A stretch of 64,000 bases of DNA, taken from Leucoraja ocellata (Eukaryota). Position 1 is the first letter of the stretch, and each line of letters starts with the position of its first letter. The stretch spans positions 3,968,001-4,032,000 of the forward strand of contig JAWMAR010000143.1 of assembly GCA_036785375.1 (NCBI GenBank), written 5' to 3'. Both the position numbers and the translations under genes were made by a program. The notes beneath the pieces were generated by a model. That model did no database searches and was not told the DNA's origin. It worked only from the letters and a program-made list of their open reading frames with translations. Below, piece by piece: positions 51,421 to 63,270 of this stretch.

Positions 51421-53859
51421 ATTTGATGCAGAGAGAGCATAGCAAAGGTTCGTAGACTGGTTCCAGGGAAGGTAGATCTGCATATGAATAGTGATTGAAT
51501 AAATTGGGAATGTTTTTTTTCATGTTTCAATGAGGAGATCCCATTGAAACATACAGTACTTTTAAAGCTCTTGACAGGCTCGATGTAGGGAGGATGTCTC
51601 CCTGGCTAAGGAGTCTAACACTAGGGAAAACAGTATCAGAATAAGGGGTAGGCTGCTAAGGACTGAGAGGAGGAAAAATGTCTTCACTCGAAGGTTGGTG
51701 ACCCTTAAAGAATTATCTTCCATCCTGTGATTATGTTCAGTGAAAACAGGGGGTGGCAGATTTCTGGACATGGAAAGAATCAACGATATGGGAATAGAGC
51801 TGGAAAATGGTGCTGAGATAGAAATCAGTCATGATCTTGATGAATGGTGCAGTAGCTTAGAGGGGCTGGTTGGCATGTTCTAGTTCCTATTTCTTATCTC
51901 TTTATGCAAACGTGATTATTTAAAATAGCCCAATATGCTAACAGAAAACGTGTTCTACATTCTTAACCAAAGTGCAAGGAAAACAGATCAATCTAATTTT
52001 TATTGCACACTTTTCTGGAAGGAGCCTTTCTTAGTGAACGGGCTTCTAGTTGTCCCAATTAAGTGCACTAAAGGGTGTTAATTACAATAAGACATTCAAA
52101 CCATAATGCTGAATTGTATTAACTGAAATGGAAGTGTATGGTAGGAAAGAGGGGCCATGCAGGAGGGAGCAACACTGGAAAGTCGAGCAATACTGTGGAG
52201 AGTGGTGTACGTCTGCATTAGAAAGAAAAGTTCCTGTTATTTGCTTGGTAAAATTTACTCCACAGTGCCATGTACCTCAGCAGTTCTTCAAATGGCATCT
52301 TGTTATTGATGCTGTAAGACGTTTCCTAAAGTAACAGTGAGGCGAGCACAAAGAAGCTGTACTGCGTGGCAGAAAGCAGAGTCAGCAAGTTCTATTGATT
52401 AAAAACCTAACTTTAAAGTGGCTTTGAGCATGTAACGTGGTTGTTAATGAAAGAAAAAGTCACAAGTTGATTTGCTAAATGAATCAACCTTCACTTTGAT
52501 TTAAAAAATAATAAAATGCAAACGCAGCTTAAGTATTTCATCAAATGTCAACATATTAAAATCTGAGAAAACCAGCCTCGAGTTTGTAGGTTCTTTCCCT
52601 GTGTACTAAGTACTTTTCTTTGGGGGGAGGAGGTTGGGGGGGGGGGGGGGGGGCTAGCAGTGGACTTGTGTGTGTTTGGAGAAAAATGCAGTAATTGAGT
52701 CATTGTCTAATTTACCCATATGTTTGAAAAGGGCTGATTAATTAAATATACAACAGTGTTGCTCTTTGGACTGTATTCTCATTTACAGCATGGGCCATAA
52801 ATTAGACAGAATAAATACTTCAATGTGTTGACCAAAGTGCTGCTACGTCAGAACCGCTTGAAGGCTGGTGGGTGGAGAGCAGAGTGTTTCTTGATAATGA
52901 TAGTCACGTCTGGGTCTGTCTGGTAACCAATAGAAACCAGACATGATGTAACACCAGGATGAACTTGAACTTGGGGGACTTAAAAAGGGAACAATAGACC
53001 AGAGTAATCAATAAAGTAGATTTCTGTGAAGGATTACAGGACTGCTCTCGGGTAACCTTGCCTGCCAGGCAGTGAATAGCAAGGAGTGGGAAAAAACCTT
53101 GTATTAATTTAAAAAGGAGGGCAGAAACACTGCAGGCTTGCGTGTGCAGTGGAGAAAGGTGCTGTGTACAATTACACCCTCTATTGACAAAAGCTGGTAT
53201 TATTTGGCAAGGATCCTCACTCTTTTAATTAATTCAGAGACTGGAAGTAATAAAAAGTTTACACTTTATTTTGAGTTCTTGTCCATTTAAATCGTAAATG
53301 CAATTTTAAAAGAAAGCCCTCAGCGAATATTGTATTCTCTGTTTCTCTTTTAGTTTTTGAGAGTTCACTACTGCAGACGCATTTTTAAAGATCTGTGGCT
53401 GGCCACATATGTTAGGGAAATATATGTTGTGTCAAATAATTTTTTTTTTTTTAAGCTGCACTAAAATAAGTACTTGTACCTCCAAAGATTTGAAGTATGT
53501 TAACCATGAGACAATAAATGTTCAAGTACTTCATTGTTTATTGGCTGTAATCACATTATTGAAAAAAATATAGATTACTTTTCATACAATGAAATATGAA
53601 ATTTCGGACAATCCAGAACTAATCTTTTTCACTATAACTGTACTTTTATTTCAATTAACAAAGCAGCTTAAACAGCAGGTTTGAATACCAATTTTCCAAG
53701 CATACATACTAAATACCAGCCATCTGTGGTTGTGCTGAAGCTGCAGTATTCCCTTCACATTGATCAGCTAATTGATGTTGAGTTGCATTAAGGTCTGTGG
53801 ACTCGTGCTGGTTTTGAATAAAGAACCTTATACTTTCAAGCTTAACCCTTTCCAGCACA

Positions 53860-54150
53860 TGGTGATGTAGTGGCAATGTTACTGAGACGAGACCTACAAA
53901 GTACCTGCTGTAGAATTTCGCTTTTTTTTAAAAGGAAAAACTGATATTAAGTCGGCCAAGTCTGGACAGTCATCCACAGCCTGTATTTAAGATAGCCGGT
54001 CATCCTTATACAGCTTGGCCTATGGGTGAATCCAGCCCCACACCTAATTGGTTGAATTTGAACTGTTCTCTGAAGTAACCAGTAAATTCCACCAGTAAAT
54101 TCCCTGGGTTAGTGCAGATGGGTGAGAAATGGGAGCCTTGAATAGGCGGG
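53860..54150 (+). mobile_element. Old tRNA-SINE-like element
   Basis: Head tggtgatgtagtggcaatgttactg (A-box-like) and core catccttatacagcttggcctatgggtgaatccagcccc...ggttgaatttgaactg. Confidence 0.5.
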
Positions 54151-54629
54151 TTGAGGGGGGAGGCAGCTCAATTACTTTTGTTCTACAAATTTTTGCAGAC
54201 TAAATCATTGTTTGTATTTATTTCTGAATCAAAGATTAAAGGTAAGGATGTTAATGAACAGTTGGTGGGTAGGTATACCCTGGAGTAATTGCCAGATGCA
54301 GTCACTGGTGACATGATTGGGAAGGCTGGAGCTTTTTCCTCAAGAAAAGCGAAGACAAGAAAGAGATCTGATGAAGGGTGTTAATTTTGAAGAGGTTCAC
54401 ATGTCGGATGTGCAAAGACTGAGTCTGCTTACTGATACAGCTGTAGCAAGGAGAAATAAACATAAGATAACCAAAAGCAGATCCAAGTAAGAAAACCGTG
54501 AAGGAAGTTGTTTGGACTTTGTTGGGGATGTGGGACTTACTGCTATGCGGTAGTTCGAAAGGGAGAGCATTGATGCATTAGAGAGAGGCTCAGTACATGT
54601 GCCAATGTGTGAGAAATGGAGGGAAGTGA

Positions 54630-54755
54630 GAGCAGAGACACAGGGAATTGTAGATGCTGAAATCTTGAGAAAAAGACAAAGTGCTGGCGGGTCAGGGAGT
54701 ATCTGTGGAGGGAAGGCATAAACACTGTTCCAGTCTGGTTCCTTCTTCAACTCAG
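54630..54755 (-). mobile_element. Old pLTR remnant
   Basis: gagacacagggaattgtagatgctgaaatcttgag...gcgggtcagggagtatctgtggaggg...ccttcttca. Confidence 0.65.
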
Positions 54756-54849
54756 TTTGGGAGAAGTAATTAATTGGAGGGGGGGAGGGGGCTTGATTGG
54801 GGCATTAACACTGGTATAGATCAGTTGGGCTCTATTTAAATAAATATTG

Positions 54850-55800
54850 CTCTCTCATTCTTCCCTTCAAAATGGACAGTCTCGGGTTTTCCCACTACCT
54901 ACATCTTACCCATTTGCTAAACGTATTTATATCCCTCTGCAGATTCTTCATATCCTCCACACATCCTGCTAACACAACAATCTTTCTATTATCATGTCAT
55001 TCAGCTAAAATTTCCGTGTCCCTTTTATCTAAGTTATGAATACAACTTGTAAATAGTTTAGACTTGTGTGGCACCTCATTGGTATTATTGCCAAACTTTT
55101 ATCCAGACTGCTAGCTACTTGCCTCACGCCATTGCTCTGTGCAGTAGCCTTTTATGACCCTTTAATGAATGACTTCCTGAAAATCAAAAAACCTTTATCT
55201 ACTTGTTCCCCTTTATCTACACTGTTACCTCCTCAAAGAACTCAACCATAATTTTCCATTTATAAAACCAGGTTAACTTGTATAATTTTCAAACTGTTCT
55301 AATCTCACAAATAATGGGTTCTCGAATTTTCCCAATGCCAATGTTAGCCCAACTGCCCTATAGTATTCTGCTTTGTGTCTCCCTCCTTTCTTGAATAGTG
55401 GCATTATTTTTGTGGTTTTCCAATACTCTAGGACCTCTCCTGAATCTAAGAAATTCAGCTCATACACCATCTATGCAAAGATTTCTTAGAAGAGACTGGA
55501 ATGCAGACCAGTTCTGGGGGATCTTTTATTCTTTAGGTCCATACATTTAGCTAGGACATTTCATTTCAGTGAAAGGAATTGTTTCCAGGTTCTCCCTCCC
55601 TTTAGCTTCGTGATTATCTTTTATTAATTTTTTTTTACTGTCTTGTGTCATGGAGGTTGATGCAAAATAAAAGTTCAGAATCTCTATAATTTCACTATTT
55701 CCCATTATTGATCCTCTGTCTTAGGCTCGATATGACCAACATTCACATTATCGTCCCTCTTTTTATATCACCGTAGAAACTCTTATGCCTCTCCATCAGA
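54850..55800 (-). mobile_element. Old CR1 RT fragment
   Basis: ORF 55273..55470 LDSGEVLEYWKTTKIMPLFKKGGRHKAEYYRAVGLT matches CR1 WKxANVTPLFKKG...NYRPVSLT. Confidence 0.8.
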
Positions 55801-56399
55801 TTTTGGACTTGGTTCGGCAAATCTTGATTCCCTGCAGTAGACTGAGTACTGGGCATCTAAAACTTACATTCAAGGACCTCGTCCAGAATTTAATACAATT
55901 TAGATTTCAGGTGATTTGTCCATTAAAAAAATGCATGTACTTTAATTGAAATTCAGATTATTCTTCTTGCTATTTACAAATCTTCACCTTGATTAGAAGA
56001 AGCCCTGGTGTCACAATGATAGTGAGACATCGGCATCATAGCAAAATGATGTTTTGTAGTGTACTTTTGAATTCAATAAAAGTTACTTCTAGGTCATTTC
56101 CATTTAGAATCAATGCCTGTTTGCCACAAAAATAAAAGCCACACTAAGAATTTTATGAGCAACAAACATATCATGCACGACAAGAAATACCTTAATTTCT
56201 TTCAGGAACTAAACTGACTCCATTCTAATGACCCATGTTCAACTATTAGTTCCTTCATGGAATACAATTAAAAATAATTTAATATGCACTCAAAAACTGT
56301 GCTTGACAGCCTCTTAGGATAGAAAATGTATAAAAAGATGAAATGAAGAATTCATGCATCGTAATGGCAGAATCCATTGATGGAGGTGCACAAATATAC

Positions 56400-58180
56400 G
56401 ATCATACAATATAAATATATGTATGGTCCTTTAAGCCTTTTCATCTATTCAATAATATCATGGCTGATCTGATTGTAATCTTAACACATTACTACAGTAA
56501 CCTTGCACCTCCTTGATGATCAATTATCCAGTTAAATCAGCCTCAGAAATATTCAGAGTCTGCCTCCACTGACCTTTGAGGGAGTGTTCCAAAGAACCAT
56601 GACCCTTTAGGAGAAAATAACAAGCCTCCTCTTTTTTAAATATGTGTCATCCTATTTTTAAACAGTAGCCTCTATTTATAAGATGAGATCTCCTTTTCAC
56701 ATCCACATCATTGAATCTTTGCATGTTATGTGTTTCAATCAAGTCCCCTCGTACTCTTTTAAAAACTCCAGTAGATACAAGCCTAGCCCATTCAATCTTG
56801 CCTCATAAAGCAACTTGCACATTACAGTCTAGGAAACCCTCTATGAACTTACTTATATATTTCCATAACTAAGGAGACCAGTACTGTACAGAGTACCAGA
56901 GTTTTAATGCCCTATATAACTGATTTTATATTTATTTCCATAGCAATGAACAACAATAATATTCTGTTAGCTTTCCAAATTATCAGTTTTTATGGGGAGA
57001 AGGTAGGAGAATGGGATTAAGAGATTTCAAGATTTCAAGGTCAGTTTATTGTCACATGTACCAATTAATGTACAGTGAAATTCGAATTACCATTCAGCCA
57101 TACAAAAAAAAGCAACAAGTCACACAACTACATACGAATTTACATAAACATCCACCACAGCGGAGTCCCCACATTCCTCACTGCGATGGAAGGCAATAAA
57201 CCTTCTTCCTCTTTTATTTACCCGCGTTCGGGGCAGTTGAACCATCTGCAGTCGGGGAGATCAAGCTCCTTGATGTTAAGTCCGCAGGCTCCTGCGGTTG
57301 GAGCTCCAAGGTTGACCCCTGGCAAAGGGATCGCGAGCTCCACGATGGTAAGTTTTCAGGCTCCTGCGGTGGATCTCCCGAAGTTGGTCTCCAGCAAAGG
57401 CCACCGACTCCTCGATGTTAGGCCACAGTGTGGACGGAGATATGAGATGGAAAAAAATCGCATCTCCGTCGAGGTATGAGATTAGAAAAAGTTTCCCTTC
57501 ACCCCCACATAAAACAAGCTAAAGAACACTAAAACATACATTTAACACATACAAACAAACAACAAAAGAAGGAAGGGAATGACAGACTGTTGGCGGTAAA
57601 GATAGATCAGCCATGTTTGAATGCCGGAGTATATTTGATGTTCCGAATGGCCAAATTTTGCTACTATCACCTATGAACACTTATTTGTTACGTCTGCTTA
57701 ATATCCTTTTGCAAATCATGCACTGGACACCCAATTCTCTCTGTACCTTTGAAATAAATGGAAACATTCAGTTAGTCGGGCTGCGGCTGTGGAAAGAGAA
57801 ATGGATTTCATATTTCAGGTTGACCTGAAATTATTCACCCTGAAACATTATCTCCATTTCTCTTTCCACAGATGCCCGACCAGCTGAGCACTTGTATCAT
57901 TTACTTTTAATTAATGATATCTAGCATTTACATTTAAAATAAATCCTTCTGTGCCTCTAAAATCTGTAATCTCTCACCATTTAGATGGTAGACTTTACTT
58001 TTTGCCCAAAATGGAGAGCTCACATTTTCCCATTTGTCAGAGCTGTGTCGTATCATAATCTGTCTTTAATACTTTTATGGCTTCTTAGGCACCCTTTACA
58101 ACTGACCTTCCTACCTATAGTATCTTTGTGTCGTTAGCAAATTTAGCAATCATACCATAGTCATTTGTATAAATTGCCTA
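56400..58180 (-). mobile_element. Nested cluster: minus-strand CR1 containing a plus-strand CR1 tail, a non-autonomous element (57021-57595) and an old pLTR hairpin (about 57750-57930)
   Basis: CR1 3'UTR reverse (atcatggctgatctg) at about 56460 and gtcgttagcaaattt (reverse: KFANDT) at about 58130. The inner CR1 tail ggggagaaggtaggagaatggg|...|gatagatcagccatg is split by an element with an (agatttca)n tail. Confidence 0.65.
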
Positions 58181-58759
58181 TTCCTATTCCAGTGCTACTT
58201 TGATGAATTATTCTTTGCATTATATATGATTAACGTTGTAAAACTGTAACATAAATGGAAACACTTAAAGCTGAATCTTGATTGTTGCTCTTTCTGGAAT
58301 GGTACTTTTGTGAAAGAAAATAGTTTTGAAGGAAATTTAAAACTTAAATAATATAGCTATTATGTATCCATTTAGCTAGCATCTAAAAGAGAAAGCTAAG
58401 TTAATAATTGAAGTTTGAACCATCAGGAATATCTTTGCTGTTAGGCACTGACCTGCTACAAGAACTGGAAAGGGCACATGATTATAGATATTCTTCTCCG
58501 CTTACAGTCTTTCTTTTAGGATCTTGGATAAAGGACAACTAAAGTACAATGTCAAAGCTTTTGCTTCTGCAGAGTGAAGAGAGATGTCATTGTGAACAAA
58601 ATCAATATTCTATTCATATTTCATCCTCTCCGATTCAACTGCTGAAGAAATTGACTGTGATATTAAGAAAAACTAAGAAATAAGAAGCTACCTTTGTTGC
58701 ATTGCATTTGATTGATTCCCATTTAGTCTAACTTTGTGTCTTTGTGTCTTCTCTTCCAG

Positions 58760-58777
58760 TCCTGGTACCTGGGATAA
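58760..58777 (+). CDS. NFIA: NFIA terminal exon coding part, exon-10-included frame: SWYLG*
   Basis: Acceptor tgtcttctcttccag, then tcc tgg tac ctg gga taa, the canonical NFI C-terminus. Confidence 0.97.
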   Translation, partial: SWYLG

Positions 58778-58836
58778 AGGCTATAGCTTCCCGCCACCCA
58801 GCAGACAGACCACCTGACCCCTTCCCAACTCTGTAA
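58760..58836 (+). CDS. NFIA: NFIA terminal exon, alternative frame (exon 10 skipped): [25 protein letters not shown]
   Basis: Exon 9 (ending ...ccc a) joined to tc ctg gta... stays open for 25 codons to taa at 58834-58836. It resembles the mammalian NFIA isoform C-terminus [25 protein letters not shown] (recalled). Confidence 0.88.
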
Positions 58837-59591
58837 CATGGGAGCAAGACAACTTCACTTCAAGCTGTGGGGGGAGGGGAGATCAATAGAATTTCAACAG
58901 AAAAAAATGACATGAAACAGCACGCCTAAAAGCTGAATGATGAAGACCATAGCAATGGATTTACTTAATAAGAACTGGTCATTCTCGTCATTTTCGTTAC
59001 CGTGCTATTGATATTTAAGGGTCTGTTACTGAGGTACTGAAATACTTAGGCTCTTAGAAAATTCTGAAGTGGTTTAATGTAGATAGGCATAGCAAGGTAG
59101 TCTCTCATACCGGATAGAAATAGTCCGCTATCACTTACCAACTGTGTGATTATCACACAGTTACGTAGAGTCTAACTATTTCAGGCAATCTCCAGCTAGC
59201 AGGAGACCCTCAACAGATAAAATATTAGTGAAAGATAATGAAACACGTATTTTGAGGTTCCATAGCTAAATCCTGCAAGATATAAAATACTACAACACCA
59301 TGGAAATAGCTATAGGGCAGCTTTCTCTGCAACATATCATAAAATACAGCTCTTCTTTTTTTCCAGAAAATTTATTAAACACAAACCAAGCTATATACCG
59401 ATGCACATTAATTATCATAGCTCCGATAGGCATCCTGAAAGGTATATAAAATTAAAACATCTCACACCAACAAGGTTGAAATGCTGCATTCACACCATTT
59501 TTGTTTTTTTGTTTTTCTCCGACAACAATAAGATAAATAGCTAAAAATGAGAAATCCATGCAAACTGGGGAGGATGGTCTGCTTTGATTGA

Positions 59592-59599
59592 AACTGACA
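59592..59599 (+). promoter_or_regulatory. miR-223 8mer seed match
   Basis: AACTGACA, complementary to the 5' end of miR-223 (UGUCAGUU). NFIA is an established miR-223 target in mammalian granulopoiesis. Confidence 0.7.
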
Positions 59600-62500
59600 G
59601 GAATCAATCAAAAAGGTTTAATTTTTTTGATTAATTGAGTAAAGTGCAATTTCATTGGATAGTTAAATATCTTTGTATGATAGAGATTGTTGAAAATTCT
59701 ATTTTTGTTTTCCAAGTCCTCCCACCCCAGGACTCTAAACTATCGGGGTAAAATCATAGCCTTGCAAGAAAAAAAGGGGAGCTATTTTTTGCTTTTTTTA
59801 TTTTTTTTAAAATAAACTTGCATCCCTCAAGTAAACTGAAGGAAGATTTAAAAAAAAATTAAAAAAAAGCTAATGGTGCTTTTACCAGATCATGTAAACT
59901 ACATTCAAAATTATAGCTACACATTGTTTTAACTAAGCACATAATAGAAAATCGCCACATCGTACTATAAGTAAAGTTCTTTCTAAGTTCAAAGACACAG
60001 TACGCAGATTCAAATCTTGATGAGTTTTTCATTGTTCCACCTTGGAACATTCGAATTCAGATCCACATGTTGTATCTAGGAATCTATCCGTATCGATTTA
60101 AGTAACTTGTACATGTAAGAAACAAAAAAAAACACTGCATTGAAATAGATTTTTGACCAAACAGCAAAGCAAACCCTCAACCATGCTATGAGGCATGCTT
60201 TGCCAATATTTAACAAACCATTTTCCCATGGTATACCAACCGTATATATTCTCTGCTTGGCTTGCCGGCCACCCAGACATTTAAAATGCATGATCTAGTG
60301 TTAGTGACTAATTTTTATATAGACAATGTAGGAGAAATGTATAGTGCATTAAGACACAAGAAATATAATCCCTATTCCGGGCACTTGCCTTTTGAACTGT
60401 ACTTGTTGGGCCTAAGAAAAGGGCCTCTACTACTGTCCTATACAATCAGTAAACAGAAAGTCTTGGGAAGACACTTTTGCTCCTCACTTTTTCCCTAATG
60501 GAATAAGTTTCTTGATTTGCACGAATTTAATATAAAAAATTCCGCATCAATGTGCCTTGCCCTGGATAGCAATTATACGTGGAATCATTGCACATGTTCC
60601 TATAATGTAACAATCCTCTTGGGTCTTTTCCTGGTGTAGCAATCAGAGACACTTTTTAAATGCGACATTGATGTCAGCCATTGTAAAGTTTCGACATGTA
60701 GAAAACAAATCAGTTTTTGCCGCAGATAGGATTAGATTTCATTGTCCTTTATGGTCAGTACTTTTGAAATTTGTAGATGCTAGTGTATCAGTATTTTTTG
60801 GATGTTGCTACATTTTAATATTATTTGGCGTCTTCCTTTGTTTTCCCAGATATATGAAAAAAATATGCAATACCTGATTTATCATGTAGAAATGCTTAGC
60901 AAGTTTTACTTTTAATTTTTTTTAATTTGACCAAAGTTGGTGCTGCTGTTAATGCAGTCTGTTAGATGTTTGTCTTGTAAATTGTAAACGCTGAATGCAC
61001 AGACAGGAAGGGCTCTCCTTAGAGTTGCAGTAGAACTGTGAAGCACTAAGCTGAACCCTGCTCTAACAAATTTCAGAACAGTTTGTTCACATTTGAGCCT
61101 TAAACTTTCATTCAAATCCCAGACCCATATTTTTCTCAGCATAGCAGACTGCAAGGAATTTGCATTCAAGAAAAACAAAAAAATGCCCATTTTATATGCA
61201 CATTTGAAACTTCCAAGTTTTCAAATTGTTTACTGATTATGTATATTAAAATGATTAAAACAAGTTTCTGGATTTTGATAGGTGTCTTCTAAGTGGTGAG
61301 TAAGTGTTCCACAATACCGTATTGTGTGATTGTAATTGTTTGATGTAATTTCTTGTAATCCACATCCTTAGCCTTCCTTTAGCACGTAGCTGGGCATTAC
61401 ATTGACATATGTGCACTATAAAGAGCAGCTTGCAGTGCTTCACAGTGAAGGGAATAGCACGGACAAACTTTTTTTGTAGGGACCTTGTTAAATGCCAAGG
61501 TTTATGAGTAGAATTGGTTGTACATACAAAATAATAAGTAAAAAAAATGCACCCTGTTTTTAAAACAGTTTTTAAAAAAAAGCAATAGTTCGGGCAGTTA
61601 ATTTTTTTAAAATTTATTTTGTTGGTGAGTGTGATTAGTCATGGCTGCAAAGCGAGGAAAGAAAAAAAAAGTTGAGCTGCCCATTCAGCAGAATTGTAAT
61701 TTGTATGTTGTATAGTTGTATTAATTACACTGATTTAATCTGCCCTATTTTGTAATGCAGGAATTTTTGTAACATTGTTAAAATGAGAAAAAAAATCTGT
61801 CAATTTAGCTTAGTGGATCTTCTGATTGTTGGTTATAAGGCAGCATTCGTAGTATTGCTATTCCTCTGGGAACTGGATTTGAGTTATAAACTTTCCTGTT
61901 TCCTTTTTTGTATGTATTTAAGTACTTTATTTTTCTTCTTTGATTGGTATGGCATATTCCTATACTTATAAAGTATAGGCTACTGAGAAACCATTATAAA
62001 TGGACATTACATGCTGTATTTTTGAAGGTATTTGTTGTTTCAAGTCTGAAAGATGCTAAGGGAACCTGAACAAATTTAAAGTTTTAAAAAAAGGAAAAGT
62101 TTTTTTAAAAGGTATGGAAAAAAGATAGTATGTAGGTAAAAGGGTAATGGATGAAACAGACTGGGGTCGTAAGTATTATTAAGCTAACTCACTTTCACAG
62201 TATCAAGAACACAACAAAATGAGAATTCAGTTTCATTTAGGTATGAACAGCATATCATTCTTTTTAATAGAAAGGAGATGTGATTATGTTTTCTTTACTC
62301 CCCCACCCAACCATCAGGCTGGGTACAACAAACGTAACCCTTTGATTATTGAATTATCTTTGCACCCTCTTTAGAATGTAACCCTAAGAATGTTGCTGAG
62401 GTACAACAAGCAAGCTTAGAGTCTACAGTATCAGGTTAGAAATGTATGTTTCTGTTTTTAGTTACTTTGCAAAACAATAATCATGGGTTTTTGTCTGCCA

Positions 62501-63262
62501 ATAAGTTAGTAGTTCTGATTGACTGACTTCAGAGTCAAAGTTGAACTTAGTCAAATAACAGTACAGAAAGACTAGAAATTGCCTGAAGCTCTAGATCAAC
62601 TATTCTTCATAAGAAAGGATGGGAGAAGGGATAAAGACCACACACGAATGAAAATTCCTCTGGAAAGCATAGTTTGCAGAATTCAGTCAGCCCACAGTAA
62701 TATGCAAGTTCCATGACAGGTTCTCTCACCTATTTTCTTCATGCATATTGCAGCTTTGTAGTGGCAGTGTTGATAAAATATATACAAAAAAAAACAGACA
62801 CACAGCTTGAGACAGTTTTTTTTTCCTTGTAGTGATTTTTTTGAATGTCAAACAATATTACACTTTGAATTGTGTCTCTGGAAATATCTTTGATAGAAGG
62901 CCTCCATGGAACAAAATACCATACGAACATGACTTTGAGATTGGCTTGATAAGGAGAGCTTTAATGGCACCTGGCAGGATTCAGATGCACTAAATTAAAA
63001 AGTCTTGTCTTGAGAGTAATGCATGCATCAGCGTTTGACAGTAAAACCCAGCTTTGCAATTGCAAACCAAGGCTGTCCAACAGTTCAGAACTAAGAAAGC
63101 CTTTTTAATTAAAAAAAGTTCAAAAAAAGTCTGCAAACAGTACTGAAAATTGCTTTGATGTGTAGCAGGTAACATCGAAGCTATTCCATAGCACTTAATC
63201 GTAATGAATACTGTGTCACCAAGTTTATAATTAAATTTACTGTTAAATGCAAATCCATTACA

Positions 63263-63270
63263 TGGTGCTA
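63263..63270 (+). promoter_or_regulatory. miR-29 8mer seed match (7mers also at 59874-59880 and 60938-60944)
   Basis: TGGTGCTA; three TGGTGCT matches in this UTR. Confidence 0.5.

Larger units (their letters stand above)
48760..51905 (+). mobile_element. Long decayed CR1 LINE, split by several Penelope-derived insertions
   Basis: Reads ANVSPSFNKRG near 49345, QQGSVFCPQLFTMYINNL and KLTDDTK (ORF 50790..50978), and a CR1 3'UTR cagtcatgatcttgatgaatgg...ttcctatttcttat at about 51830-51900. Confidence 0.78.

Noticed and set aside
52622-52653. Long G tracts (also at 6436, 19923, 39604 and 50321) as functional G-quadruplexes
   Set aside because: Mostly homopolymer expansions within TE remnants, of unreliable length and with no further support.
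60257-60271. Full NFI palindromic sites (ttggcttgccggcca; also ttggtattattgccaa near 55079)
   Set aside because: Spacing does not fit TTGGC-N5-GCCAA, and the second lies inside a CR1 remnant.
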